A DNA stretch of 52,735 nucleotides, the filler included, from Jimgerdemannia flammicorona (taxonomy: Eukaryota): the NCBI GenBank assembly GCA_003990765.1. It is 2 parts of 2 records of this genome, joined end to end, with 100 filler letters (N's around TTAATTAATTAA, not from the genome) between each part and the next. Parts side by side here need not be neighbours in the genome. Positions count along the whole stretch, not along the records: positions 1 to 26,320 come from RBNJ01000736.1; positions 26,421 to 52,735 come from RBNJ01000737.1. One strand, written 5' to 3'. The translations under genes were made by a program, and so were the position numbers. Shown piece after piece: positions 24,898-38,389 of this stretch. Every line of letters starts with the position of its first letter. Position 1 is the first letter of the stretch. The notes beneath the pieces were generated by a model. That model made no database searches. It was not told the DNA's origin and saw only the letters and a list, made by a program, of their open reading frames with translations.

Positions 24898-26320
24898 TGT
24901 GACATTGGTTATATATAATGAACTTTGACTGCACGGCTCAATATGTCACAGATGACGCGTGCAATGTATATAACTGAAGGCATTGGTGACATTTCGCGGG
25001 TTGTTGGTCATGTAACGGGTCGTTCGATTCGTGCGATAATAATAATAGTGGGAGATCGATTGTTCGATGGGGAGGTCGTTCGGTTGTTCAATGGCTCAGG
25101 ACGTCGATGGCTCGATTGTTTAGTGGAAAAGATGTTGTTGCTAACAGAGGGCGGTTATTATGCTGGCTAAGTTTCCTGGTGGCGATTAACTTGTTGGCAA
25201 ACTCGGCGATGACGGTTTTGGCTTTAAGCGGTTTGTGGCGCAGTAGGGAATCGTTCGGGTCAATGGTTCAGTCGAACGTTCGTTCTTTAACTTGAGGGCG
25301 GGTTTACTGGGGTACTTGGCAGTTGTTCTTATATCTCGGCAGGTCCTAGGCTGCGGTCTTGTTTGGCTGGGTATCCTTGGGTTCCTTGGTTTTCTGGGTC
25401 TTGAATCTCGAATGGCGGTCTGAATGCATGGAGGTCCGAATGCATGGCGGTTGTGTCTTGAATCCTTGGCTGGGTAACTTGGGTTTCTGGGTCTTGAATC
25501 CTTGGCTTTCCGGGTCTTGAATGGCAGCGGTCGGTCTTTGGCGGTCTAGTGTGGCTTTCCTTAGCGGCGGGTCTTGAATGTTTTCTTTCTTTCCATGGCA
25601 AGAGAAAATTCTTTAACTCAAACCTCGAGCAATCGTTGCTCTAGTTATCTTGTTCTCAGAATTTATCCAGTCTCTTGAAGGCAGTGGTTATTACTCAAAA
25701 CCAGTTGACTGAGGTTTATTCACTCTAAGAATATGGGTTATTTATACAAGTTTGCTAGCTATGAGGGGGCGCGACTAAGGCTAAGGTATACTACGTTGTG
25801 GCAAACTTCGCTATGCTATTGGCTTGCATGATGTGAAGGGCTGACTTGCTGACAAGATGCTGAAAATGGTTGCACTGGATAGCAATGCTGGATTCGGTTG
25901 TGCTGGGTAGCAACGCTGGATTCGGACTTGCTGACTTGCTGACACGGACAGATATGGATGTGGTGATTGTTGCCAGAAGTGGTTGTGGAGGGTAGCAATG
26001 CTGAAAACGGACTTGCTGACAAAATGCTGAAAACGGTGGTACTGGGTAGCAATGCTGGATTCAGATGAGCTGACATGATTGCTGATTGTTGCCAGAAACG
26101 GTTGTGGGGGGTGGCAACGCTGAAAACAGATGCTGACTAAAAGCTTGGTTCTCATGGCTGATAGGTGGTACTCTAGAGGGAATAGTACCATTTGTCCGCG
26201 GTGGGCAAATCTTGCTGGGTTGCGATTTCTTCTTCATCATATCTCTCCTCAAAAGGGGGAAGCGCCGGCCAAGAGGTGAGGGGGTAGAAAAGTGGCCAGT
26301 CATCTTCAACAACATTCTCC
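24898..26320 (-). repeat. Less decayed E1-family LTR (solo or 3' LTR), truncated by the gap
   Basis: Starts tgtgacattgg like 7117; same TATA block, U3 repeats and LTR-ORF tail; many CpGs retained; no PBS on its left. Confidence 0.9.
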
Positions 26321-26420
26321 NNNNNNNNNNNNNNNNNNNNNNNNNNNNNNNNNNNNNNNNNNNNTTAATTAATTAANNNNNNNNNNNNNNNNNNNNNNNN
26401 NNNNNNNNNNNNNNNNNNNN
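26321..26420. other. Artificial assembly gap/linker (N44-TTAATTAATTAA-N44)
   Basis: Exactly 100 bp, with a central 12-mer giving stops in all six frames. Confidence 0.97.
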
Positions 26421-26644
26421 AAAAGTAAGGATTTATCTTGAATTATCAGCCAATAGACACCAAGTTATAATGTAGTAGATATAGAACTTGGTGAGTTGGT
26501 AGGATTTTGAAATGAGAAAAAAGAGTATGGGGTGGGGGGAGAGAGGAGAGGAGTCTCTAGGGGAATTGGGTAGGGGTGGGGTACTGTATATTATATAGAA
26601 GCTAGACAGGCATATTGGTTAATAAAGGATGGAGTCCAAGTGAC

Positions 26645-26678
<34 letters not shown>
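26421..26678 (+). mobile_element. 3' end of a second poly(A) retroposon family (R2)
   Basis: G-rich tail, AATAAA at 26621, ...GTCCAAGTGACTAT plus a ~31-nt A run; same terminus at 43585-43627 on the minus strand. Confidence 0.7.
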
Positions 26679-26681
<3 letters not shown>

Positions 26682-27666
26682 ATTGAGCAATGTATTTTAT
26701 CTTAAAGTTTTAAACTAAATCTTGAGAGTTCTTGAGGTTGACTAGTGGTTTCCAGATAGTATCATATTCAGAGTAACCCATCTACTTGACTAGATATTCA
26801 GGATAGCAGTAGCAAATTTATTTGTCAAGAATTTTCTCAGCTTTATACTTGATATGATCTTTAATAATCATAGAGACAGAAGGCTTAGAAATTCAACCAG
26901 GGTAGGGCAGTAACTGGTTCTAGGTCTTGAGGTGTGACATATAAAAGACTGGGTATACTCTTATGATTTCAGATAGCTTGAAGTAGTAGAAGAATGCAGA
27001 GACTTGTTCAGTAATCTCAAAAGGTTCAATATACTTGGGTTGAAACTTGTTTGAAGGGCAGTTAACTTGAGATTGTATCTTGAGGTTCTCAGTAGACAGT
27101 AGGACTTGATCTCTAACAGTATAAGTGATATTATGGCATTTCTTATCAGTATACTTGGCTTGATACTGTTGAGCTTGAAGATTTATAGTAGCAATCTTAA
27201 GTAGTTTGTCCATTTTGTCTATAAGGTTCTTGGCAGTTGGGACTTATATTTAACTGCTTTTCTTGAAAGAGAATAGACTTACAGGGGTCTCAGGATTTTA
27301 ACTATAAAGTAACCAGAAAGGGAAAATACCAGTAGATGATTGGATGGTATTGTTATATACAAACTCCACATAAGTCAGGTAGTGGTCCCAATTATCTTGC
27401 TCATAAGAAATATAGTTTCTAAGTATTTGTTCTAGAGTTCTGTTCATATGCTCAGTTTGTCCATCAGTTTGTGAGTGAAAGACAGTAGATATAGCCAATT
27501 GGGTTCCTAGGGTCTTGAAGAGAGTTTGCCAGAAGTGACTGATAAACTTAGAGTCATAATCACTAACAATTACTCATAGTAGACCATAGTGATAGAAGAT
27601 GGACTTGAAGAAAATTCTTATAATCTCAGGTACAGTAGTATTAGTAGTGGTTGGTTCAGTAACTAT

Positions 27667-27916
27667 CCCTTTGACTGTTTTGCACCTATATTTAGAAGCA
27701 AGATTTTAAAAGTTTATAACTTTTAAAATCATAATAACTTTTAAAAAAAAATTTACCAATAATTTTTTATATAATAATTCTACCTTTGGTAAAAATTTTA
27801 CAAAAAAAAAAAAAATTGTTTTTAACAGAAAAACAATGTTTCAAAAAATCTTTTTTTCAAACTTTAATTTGTCTGCTAAATGATTTTAAAAGATAATCTT
27901 ATCTACAGACAAAGAG
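27667..27916. mobile_element. ~250 bp AT-rich MITE in E4 integrase
   Basis: TIR ccctttgactgt / acagacaaagag; removing it with a 2-bp AT duplication restores a frame collinear with E7 integrase. Confidence 0.75.
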
Positions 27917-28064
27917 ATAGTCTTGGTCAGATGGTCAATGAATACAATAATAGCATTAGTACCAGATTGAGTTCATAATAGTTGAGTTACAAAGTCCATG
28001 GTAACTTGCTCAAATTTCTTAGTGAGAATTAGCAGTAGTTATAGCAAACCAGCTGACACTTAGT

Positions 28065-29194
28065 GGTAGTCTACCTCGGGTTGGTTTGCTGTGCCTGTAG
28101 GGGCATGGTGAGAGGAGGGCAATGGTGTTGGGTTGCCCCTTTATCGGTGTTGGATCGGTGCTTCCTCCATTTTTTTGCGGATTCTGGTACCTTCAGCTGC
28201 ATCTGGAGTGTACCCGTTTTGGTGCGGCGCCTTCTTCCTTTTGCTGTCACCAACAAGGTATTGTCTCGGTGTGTCTCAGGCTACGTAGGGAGTCGGCCGA
28301 CCTTGGGCATCAAATGCCCAGTGTAGGTTACCTACAGGTCTTTAGTGCCTGTGGTGGGGCCCTCTGGCTTTGGCGAGCTTCCCGGCGAGTGCAGTTCTGG
28401 CATAGGTGACTGCTTTTTGGGTGTTGTTGGGTTGGGAGGGGAGATGGCTGTCACAGATAGGAGGAAGGGCGATAACAGTGGACCAGTAGGGTGCCAGGCT
28501 AGGGACGGTCATCGGGGCTGGGGCAGGTGCTGCTTCGGTGGGGCCTTTTGATTGGTGCAGCATGGTTAGGTGGTAGGTGTCACTCTCGGCTTCTTTTGGC
28601 GGGTAGCGGGGTGAGGCCCCAGTTGTCAGGGGGGGTCGGGGGGCCCAAGGCTACCCATTTCAGGCATCTTGGCTGCACTCAACTAGAACCGGGAGCTGAC
28701 ATGGCAATGTGATCGAGGCCCACAAGCTTGAGTAGTAGGGTATTGGGGGTTTCCTCCCACCTCACGTGTAAGTTCTTTACTCACCTCAACTGGGAGAACT
28801 AGGCCCTACCCACCATGTTATGCTTTGATGAGGGTTTTTTCTTTGCCTGTCATTCTCTTTGGGGTGGCAGAGGCTATTCTATTTGGCTCGGGCATGGCCT
28901 TGTACATATGTTGGGTTCTCGGGCGTACACTTTCGGTTGTTGGCATATGGCTGGGTTTCCCCTGGTGGTAGGGAGAGCATGGTGTGCAGAATGAGGTGCG
29001 GGCTTTTTTGCCCTGTTGCACCTGGCATGGTCGAGCTGCTGGACAATAGCTAGCCTAGGTTAATGGGGGAGCAGTGCTTGGTGGGTGGTGGGGGAGAGTT
29101 TTGGCCTATACAGTCTAGGTTCCCTTCCAATAAAATTCCATGGGACATAGAGTCCGTTAAAAAAAAAAACAAAAAAAAAAAAAAAAAAAAAAAA
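28065..29194 (+). mobile_element. R1 poly(A) retroposon, slightly 5'-truncated, in E4 integrase
   Basis: TSD GACACTTAGT (28055-28064 / 29195-29204); AATAAA at 29129; A-tail 29159-29194. Confidence 0.92.
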
Positions 29195-31474
29195 GACACT
29201 TAGTTGGTAGACTTATTGCACTTATATAGATTACAGCTGGTAATATAGTTCTTGATTTTCTTGACCATACTTAGCCAATAGTAGTGGTATTGAATGTTCT
29301 TGACAGTTTTCTTGATTCCCAGGTGACTGGCAAGAGAGAAGTCATGGTGTTCTTGCAAAATCTTGTAGCATAGATTTATGTTTTCAGGTAGATAGACTTG
29401 ATCTTGATGATAGATCAGGTTGTTCTCAATAGTGTATATATGTATCCTTGAGCTTGTTTGAGAAAACTCTAGTGGCAACTATATCTTCTTTATAAGCTTG
29501 CCTGATTTGGTCTAAGAATTCTGATGCCAAGGTGATCTGTATAATTGTAGTGAGGTCTGGGTATCTTGATAAAGCATCTGGTACTACAAGTATCTTGCCA
29601 GACTTATAGATGATCATTGGGTTAAAGGTTTAAAGCTTGAGGCTCTACTTGGCTTATAGATATAATAGGGTAGGTTGGGTATTGATATACTTGAGGGATT
29701 GATGATCAATGATGACATCAAACTCAATACCTTCTAGATAGTATCACCAGTGGTCTAGTATATGTATTATTGCCAGTAGTTTCTTCTTATGAGTGGCTAG
29801 CTTTTTTTCAACTGAGGCCAACTTGTAGGACTTAAAATTAATAGGATAATGTTCTTTGCCATCATCTTATAACAGAACTACTCTAATGGCAAAATTTGAT
29901 ACATCAGTAGTAACTATGAATTTTAGGCCTTGATCTATATTATACAGGACTGGAGTATGAATCAGGTGGTTCTTGAGTTCTTGAAAGGCTTGTTGATAGA
30001 AGAGATCCAAGTATAGGGTATATAGTGGTCTGAGTGTAAGACCTTCCTCATGAGGTTAGTCAGTGGCTCAGTAATGTCAGAGAATTTTCTGACAAAGTAG
30101 CAGTAGTAGCCAGCTAGACCAAGGAAGGATCAGAGTTCTGTGAGATTTGACAGAATGGGCCATTCTTCAATTGCTTCTATCTTGTATAGGTCTACTTGAA
30201 TTTCTTGTACAGAAACAATATGGTCAAGATATTTGACTTATTTCTTGAAAAATTCACACTTCTTGAGCTTAGCATAAAGCTTGTATTTTTGCAAGATCTC
30301 CAGGACTATTTGAATATATTTGAGGTATTCTTTTTTAGTTATGCTAAAGATCAGGATATTGTCAAGATATACCAACAGGAAAATAAATAGTTAGTCCTTG
30401 AATATCTTATTCATCAGAGTCTAGAATGTGGTGAGTACATTGATGAGACCAAATACTAAGATCAAAAATTTGTAGAGTCTAAAGAGGATCATAAATACAG
30501 TCTTGAGAATATCTTCTGACTTGATTCAAATCTGGTGGTATCCTGACATGAGGTCTAACTTGGTGAAGTACTTGGCATTCTTGAGAGTATTAAAGATTTG
30601 ATCAATCAAGAGTAGTGGATAGCAGTTCTTGATAGTGAGTTTGTTGAGTGCACAATAGTCTATACACATTTACAGAGTATTATCCTTCTTTTTGACAAAT
30701 AAGACTGGTGAGCCATAAGGAGATTTACTTGGCTGAATGGCTCCTTATATAAGTAGTTCTTTTAGTTTCTTCTTAACTGCTTCAATTTTGAGTGGCAATA
30801 TACAGTATATGTTTCTTAGGTAATATAGCTCCTGGGGTCAGTTCAATTTCATGATCAACTTCTCATATAGGTGGTAGACCAGATAGCTTGTCTGGAAAGA
30901 CATCCTTGAATTCTTCTAGTAGTAACTTGATGCTTTTATTGACTAATAGTCTCTTGTCTTGTTTCTTGAGATAGACTATTACAATAAAGGCATACATTGC
31001 CTTCTTAAGTGCTCTCTTGTACTATATAGCTGACAGTATTGTAATCTGAGTCTTACTTATAGTCTTGTCTATCTTAATAGTGATATTGACTCTATCTTGA
31101 AGTAGAGTGACTTCATTCTTACATCAATTAATATCTGGATTATATTTTGTAAGCCAGGGTTTTTCTAAGATTAGGTCATAATCTCCTAGTAGTGCAATCT
31201 TGAAGTCTACTTGTTCTCAATATTTCTAGATCTTGATGAGTAGTTTGGTGACAATTGACTTGATGGGGTACAGAGTACCATCTGCAGTAACTATACTATT
31301 GTTCTTGGGTGTAGGCTTAATAAGAATCTTGAGGCTTTCAATGAGATTCTAATTGAAGAAGTTCCCTGTAGCTCCACTGTCTATGAGTACTTAAACTTCT
31401 TTTTCTTTGACTAGACCTTTGAAAATGAACATAGCTTGAGCTCAATTTTCACTAAGACTTGCTGCTTGATCAGT

Positions 31475-31860
31475 GCTACCAAAATCTTTTGATCTTATTT
31501 GGTCTCAGAGAGTTCTTAGACTTCTATAATCTTTAGTTGACTGACTTTTTCTAGAATCATTTGTATAACTTGGTCTCCTTCCTTGACTGTATAGTCTTGA
31601 TCCTTCTGATTAATAAGCAGAACTTAAACTTATCCTCAAAAGTCTAGATCAATAACACCATCTAAATGATGTTTGATACTGAGTTCTGATTGTAGTATAA
31701 TTCTGACATAATGTTTTTCAGGATATTGAACTGCAATTCCAGTAGGTACCAGAGTTCAGCCCTTGGCTGGAATAGTGATTTGTTTGACTGAGTGTAGGTC
31801 AAGACCAATGGCTCCTTTTATTTGATATTGAGAGGTCTGGGCCTTCAGATGAAGCTTCTT
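31475..31860 (-). pseudogene. dut: E4 dUTPase fused in frame to the gag C-terminus
   Basis: GAIGLDLHS...PTG...GVIDLDF...FGST directly after the decayed CCHC knuckle. Confidence 0.85.
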
Positions 31861-32937
31861 GATCTTGAGCTCAGATTGACTGATAGTGGGGTTGACAGAT
31901 GTGTCTTTGGACAATATGGTGACTTGTCTTGAGGGTTCACTAGTCTTCTTAGAACATTTGGTTGCAATGTATCCTGTTTGATAATAGAAGAAATAGGCTC
32001 CAGATTTCATCAGACAGTCCTTTTCTTCAGAGGTGAGCTTGGTGTTCTTTTTGTTTATAGTGTCTAAGTCTATTGATACTGGGCCAACTGTCTTTGGTTG
32101 GTTCTTGTGGCAGTTCTTGAAGTGGTTCTTCTTGTAGTACTCTGGTTCAAAGCAGTTACTAAAGGTGATGACATCAAACCTATTGGTAATTCTCATAGCT
32201 TCATCAAGGTTTTTGGACTCTTCTAGCTCAATCTTGACTCATGTGTTTCCCTTCAGGTCTCAGATATAGTAGGCTATCTTTTTATCCTTAGATATCACTA
32301 GTAGCTCAAGTAGGATTAATAAGAATTATATATTATAGCTTTGTACAGACTTGAGTTACTTGATGTTCACTAGCTTATCTCTGACTAGTTTGGTAGCATT
32401 AGCAGACTTGAACTACTTGTGAAGAATTCTCTTAAAAGCTTCCCAGTCCCTGATTTATACATATGAGTGTATAGATGTAACTATGATATAATTGTACTAC
32501 TAGATGACTACATTTTCTCAGAGAAGTATAGTGGCAAATTGGACTTATATATCTTCTTCTATTCTTGTAAACTCAAAGTATTGGTCCAACTAGAAGATCC
32601 ATGCATCTGTAGATAGTCTTCCTTAATAGCTGTCAAAAATATCTCGTTTGAGTGACTTGAAACTGACTAGTACTATGACAGAATATAATATACTTACAGT
32701 TCTTGTTTTCTATTATTCTAGTTGTACTTGAAGTTCTTGAATTTGGTAGGCTATAGCATTAATCATATCCTTTATGTTGAGCTGTGATCCTCTTGCTTCT
32801 TCTGTAGCAGAGGGGTCTGGCTGGTAGACTGACTCTTCATAGCTTATTTCAGATTTGTGTGACTATTTGTAACTGGTTTTTGAATTTATGTAAGATTTCT
32901 TAATAAGGCAAGGTATAATTATACTACTGTTATCAAG

Positions 32938-33392
32938 TGTAATAGTTCTAGTTTCTTTAAGAGAAAGCAGCTAAATCTGGAAGTTCTAGTTGGCCTAAAG
33001 TAGCTCAAAGAGATACTTAAAGGTTTAAGTATTCTTGAAGAATTTCTAAGAGAAAATATTCTAAGCTTTATTCAAGTAGAGAACAAGGATATTTATATAT
33101 GATCTGAAAGGAAGAATCTTGGAAAGAAAGAGAAATACCAAGAAATAGGTTTTCAGCAATATTGACTATTACTATTCTACAATGTTCCAAAAGGTTCCAT
33201 AACTAGCTAAAACAAGATACTTGATACCAAGAAAAGGTAAGAATGTTCTAATTATGTCTGGGTGCTGAGAGAAGGTTTCTAAGCAAGTAGAAAGTAGTAG
33301 AACATAGTAGAATATTCAAGAAATAACAAGAAAAGACTAACTAAAAGACATGAAAATATACTAAGACTAAATATGACTGTGAAATTATTATA
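32938..33392 (-). repeat. 5' LTR of E4 (related to the E7 LTR; right end approximate)
   Basis: Reverse complement resembles 43628-44032; decayed PBS tgataacagtag adjacent. Confidence 0.8.
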
Positions 33393-33414
33393 ACAACTAT
33401 AACTACCAAGATCT

Positions 33415-33800
33415 ATAACTACATCTGTACTGATATTTAGAATACTATTATCAACCAAGCTATATCTTTTCTACTCCTCATGAATATCCATAGCCTAGCA
33501 CCTCTCTATTTTGTAAAAGCCCAATGGAATCTCTGAACATGCTTAGTAAAGTCTACTGAATCAGATAAATCTCAAGCTACTATCAGATCAGATGCCTTCT
33601 AGAAGATATAGTTGAACACTACTATGATATAGATATTACTCAGATATCTCAACACTAGAAAATTATTGTTTGTAAATACTGAGAACTCTTTTACAAGTAC
33701 AGTACCTTTATTCCCTACCTCCAAGTTACTACTACCAAAATGATTACTACTCTATCTTATGGCTAAATTAATGACATAGTATAAGAATATAACCATAAGT
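33415..33800 (+). pseudogene. Accessory-domain ORF in E6 5' LTR
   Basis: Decayed YYQIRCLLEDIVEHYY...ELFYKYSTFIPYLQVTTTKMITTLSYG. Confidence 0.65.
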
Positions 33801-36800
33801 ATATTGAGTATATTCAAACTATAGATAGAATCTTTTCATACTCTGATAACTATATTCTGCAAATGCCCCAAGTTGAATATACTATGAAGGATATATATGA
33901 TATAATCTAGTTCAATAATAATGAAGCAGAAGATAACAATCTCTTCAATATCAATATAATCTCTAGCCAAGGATCTCTGCCAGCCCTGATCACTCTGCCA
34001 ACCTTACTGATAAACTTACAATAGTTTATAACTATCTATGAGACCTATTGGGATAATGACTACTGGTATAGTACTAACTTATATTTATGCCTAACTACTT
34101 CAACTACAATGAAGAGACTAGAGAATACAATCTATATCTCCCAACAATCTTTGAGATTGAATCAATAACCTTACTATCTAAGTATATATAATATGAAAAA
34201 TAGCCACCAGTTTACTACAACTTAGTAATATATAGTACTATAATCTATAAAAGATATACAGACAGTGAATCTGATAAAAGTGAAGATAATATATCTCTCC
34301 TTTATCCACCAACTCCTTATCTAATATATAAGACAGATGATACTATCCTGTAGAATAGTGATGAGGCTCCAATATATTATTATCTGAGTGAACAGAAAGA
34401 AGTAATCCAAGAACTACTCTTTCTAGATAACTACTTTATCAGAGATGATATAATTGATGGTGATGTCATTAAAGACTACTCAGACAGCATCTAAATCTAT
34501 AGATAGCCTAGCAGTTATTAGTATAGTTAGATTAGTCTTATATAATATAGCTGCAAACTAACTCAGCAGTTAGATGATCTCTTGACATATCAGTTCACAC
34601 TTATACTATATAACTACATTCTAACTCAGCAAGACACTAAGTGCTATATCCATATTTAGCATAGTCTAGATAGCCTCCTATTAGTATAAATATCCCCTCC
34701 CCCAGACCTCAGAATCTCAGACTTAAATAGATAAGAATAATCTGAATATAACTCCTGAATACTTCCCTACAATATTCTTTTATAACTACTCCTAATATAG
34801 CAATATCATGAATAGTAAATAAATCCATTTAATAACTCATAGACTACTCTTAAGTAAATCTGAATATTATTAGGTCCTACTCATAACCACATTATAAAAT
34901 TTCTTGATTGGGTATTATCTGTAGCAATATGCCAATTTCAACTAAGCTAGTCTTAGTTTCTTGAACTTTCTGAAATATGGAAAATCCTAAACATCTAGAA
35001 TAAGTCTGAAAAAGGACTTTGGTTAAGATATTAATCTGATCTTGAAATCAATAAGTATAGAGGATATACTCTATATAAAATTGATCTTAACTTAAAGAAA
35101 ACAGTCTTCCAGAATATTCAGAACTTCCAGAAAACTCTTCCAGAACTACATAATGATACTTTTATAAGTAACTCTCTTATAACTTGATAGTAGTGATTTA
35201 TAATCCAATTCTGCTTCAAGATGCTTCCTCACTCTACTATAAATCTCTATAAGAATTCCTATAAGTTGATATAAAGCCCAACCTCTGAACTGAAATTTAT
35301 CCTGAACTATCTAACAATCTAGAGAGAATTAAACCTGATATATAAGGACAATTTGACCTCTACAACTGTAATAAGTGAGATAGACTTCATCTACAAAAAA
35401 AGTTCTCTAATTAAATTAGCTAATAAGCAAAAACCTATATACTAAACTCCTTGCTCTACACCCTGCAAGTCAAGATAAAGAAGGTCTTATAGAAGTTGTC
35501 TTTACTCTTCTCAATAAGAGTTTTGTCAGCTCTACAAACTTAAGTAATCTAGGACAACTAGCAGCTGTCTTTCTAGCCTTAGTTTCTCACAAAGTCCAAG
35601 TCTCTATAGCCAAGTAGCTTAACTCTACTAACTACTACCATATCAGTACCAAGACCACCTTATACTATTACTTTCAGAATTGTAAGACCCACTATATTCT
35701 TAAAGAAGAAGTAAGAGAAACTCTTTATTAACAACCTGACCCCAAACCAGAAGTAGGTCTAGCTACAGCCCTATCTGAAACTGAAACCAATACTGAACCA
35801 GATCAAAATCTTGAATTAAGTATATATGAAATCCAATATATAACTAATACTATCTACTTTGATGCTGAGCAAACTCAATTATACAGAGACCAAACTGAAG
35901 AGAAAGAGGAGTATCTCAGTAAATTTGATCCTAGATATGTATACTATCAAAGGAGATATATCTCTATTAGGACAAAACACACCTACATAGCAACAGACAG
36001 TCATCTATCAAGCTCTTACTCCAGACCTATAACAGTTACTTCAGCAACTTACACAGACTCAAAGAACACTATCATACTCTATATCAGTATCTCAAGTCAT
36101 ACTAATAATCTCACTATCAGTAGTCTAACTACCTTCAGTAAATAATATAGCAAACCAACAGATTTTAGACCTTACAGTATAGATAGCAATAATGATAGCA
36201 ATCATTACTACCTTAGCCAAACAGACCTAATTAACAAAAAGTCTGAGCCTATCTATCTTCAATAGTACTATACAAGAAGTCCAAAGCTTCATTAGTATGG
36301 TTGATACTAATTTTGAAGCCAATCAATAAACCAATGAATAAGTTACTAACTGCCTTCTGACAAACAATCAAGACTACACTCTGGAATAACTCTTTGCTAC
36401 TACTATGATCTATATTCATTGAGTTGTTATATTCTTCTGAGAACCTGCCAAAGAATGGTGGCAAATCCTTTCTGAAAAACCCCTCACATAGGATACACAA
36501 CTTGTAGTTATTTCCCAGAATGTAGCAAATAATGTCTCAGAATATAGAAATCATCCTATAGCTCCTAGACTCAAACAACTCATGATTGTTTAATATTATA
36601 GCAAAACTCTGATTACCAAATCTTAAGCTAAACTCTGTAATCTCAAATTTGATATATGTATATGGTAAGGAGGAATTTAAACCCTTCTATACAAAACTTG
36701 AGTCACTCCTGAACACCATTGGTCTAGGATATATTGCCAATGATGAAGTATGAAATAGTACAAAAGCAGACTATTTATTCAATATACTACCTGAATGACT

Positions 36801-37214
36801 TACAAGAAAGATCTGAGAACAAGGATGTCTAGTTGGTTGTAATTACTAACAATAGTGCCTAGCAAGAATCAAGACTATGGTCAAGCAAATCCTGACAGCT
36901 GAACCAATTCTGCCTCAAAGACAATTCATCAATAAGGAAAAAACTTAGACTAAGAAAGAAGAACCCAAGTATAAAGCATCCTGAGCTCCCTCTACATCCA
37001 CCTTTTGGATACCCTGAAATCCTGAACCCACCCAGCTAAGTACTTTCAAGAAACTCACTAAAGGAGAAAGAAATGAACTTCAGAGAAGTAAAACATACTT
37101 CTATTGCTAAAAGACAGGATATATAGTCAGTATCTGCTCTAACCAAAAATCCCAAATAGCAACCCAAGCAACTATTACTACCCTATACTATCTCAATAAT
37201 CTAACTACTAAAAT

Positions 37215-37610
37215 ACTGGACTTCATTAAGTTAAGGCAAACTGCCAAGGCCCCAACCAAAGAAAGTCAAAAAACAGCTAGATATGACCTATATATAGCTG
37301 AAAAAGCTATAGTTTCTAACTAAGAAGTATATAGAAATCAGTATCTAAATCTCTAAAAAAAACATGTTGAAAGAATATATTGTCATAGTAGTCTAGCATT
37401 AAAAGAACTTTTAGTAGAAGAAGAAGTTATTGATGATAATTATATAGGTGAAATTATTGTCCTCATCTAAAACCATAGCTAGATACTCTTCAAAATTCCT
37501 ATTTGGTTTCTATATTGCCCAGATTCTATTTAAGAAAATTGAATCAACCCTGATAGTCAAGAAAGTCCCAGAACTACTGCCTACTATAAGAGGATCAAAA
37601 GGATTTTGAC
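37215..37610 (+). pseudogene. dut: E6 dUTPase (between gag and protease)
   Basis: ARYDLY, HSSLALK, VIDDNYIGEI, IAQI, RGSKGF; decayed. Confidence 0.82.
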
Positions 37611-38389
37611 TCATTAAACAAGGCCCCAGTCCAGCCCACTATGAATAAAGAAGAACAATTCTATAAGAAAATTGAAGATAGATTTGTACCAAGTGGCTGA
37701 TACCCCTATGGTAATGAAATGTACTTTTCCCAAATAATTGACAATTGCTTCTCTTGTATCAATAAACTGACTCAAAGAAGAACTAATAGAAGGAAAGCTC
37801 TTATAACTAAAATCACCACTATTAGATCAGACAAACTGTTTATACTGTAAGCTTTTATCAATAGAGTACTTATTAAGATTATAATAAACAGTAATACATA
37901 TCTCCAGCAACTTCATCAATGAAGAAATAGCCAACAAACTCAAGGTCCTGACCTCTTTGATACAACAGACTCAAGCAGTTGCTACAGCTGATAGAACCTC
38001 ACATATTATTAGCAAAGAAGTCTACAACCTACTCTTTTGAATTAATAACTACTAAGTATATTTTATACTTCAGATCATACTACTTCTTGACAATGAAATC
38101 ATTCTTAGGACTTTATGGTTAAAACAAGAAAACTCTATAATTGATATTGGATAAACTACTCTCTAACTATTGAAAGAATGACACAATTTCAAACTATAAG
38201 GTAAAAAGAATCCACTCAGTTCTAATAACTCTGGACTAAAAATTATCCATATCAATAAGCTACAACTTAAGAAATTAGCCAAGAAATACCCCCTCTTTAC
38301 TATCTCTATCCACCCATCCAAAGGAGAATCTGAAAACCTTGAAGAAGACTTTTCCAAAGTTAACAGTCATGTTAGACCATTACTTCAGA

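Larger units (their letters stand above)
26680..33392 (-). mobile_element. Chromovirus E4: LTR-gag-dUTPase-PR-RT-RH-IN-chromodomain; 3' LTR not seen
   Basis: Collinear with E7 throughout; chromodomain YKAEKILDK...YLVK at ~26710-26860; interrupted by a MITE and an R1 copy. Confidence 0.92.

Noticed and set aside
26365..26376. TTAATTAATTAA palindrome
   Set aside because: Artificial six-frame-stop linker inside Ns; adjacency across the gap cannot be trusted
28063..29053. Short ORFs in R1 (e.g. HQSKGPTEAAPAPAP...) recurring in three copies
   Set aside because: Recurrence is explained by high nucleotide identity; starts and stops differ among copies and no domain is recognisable
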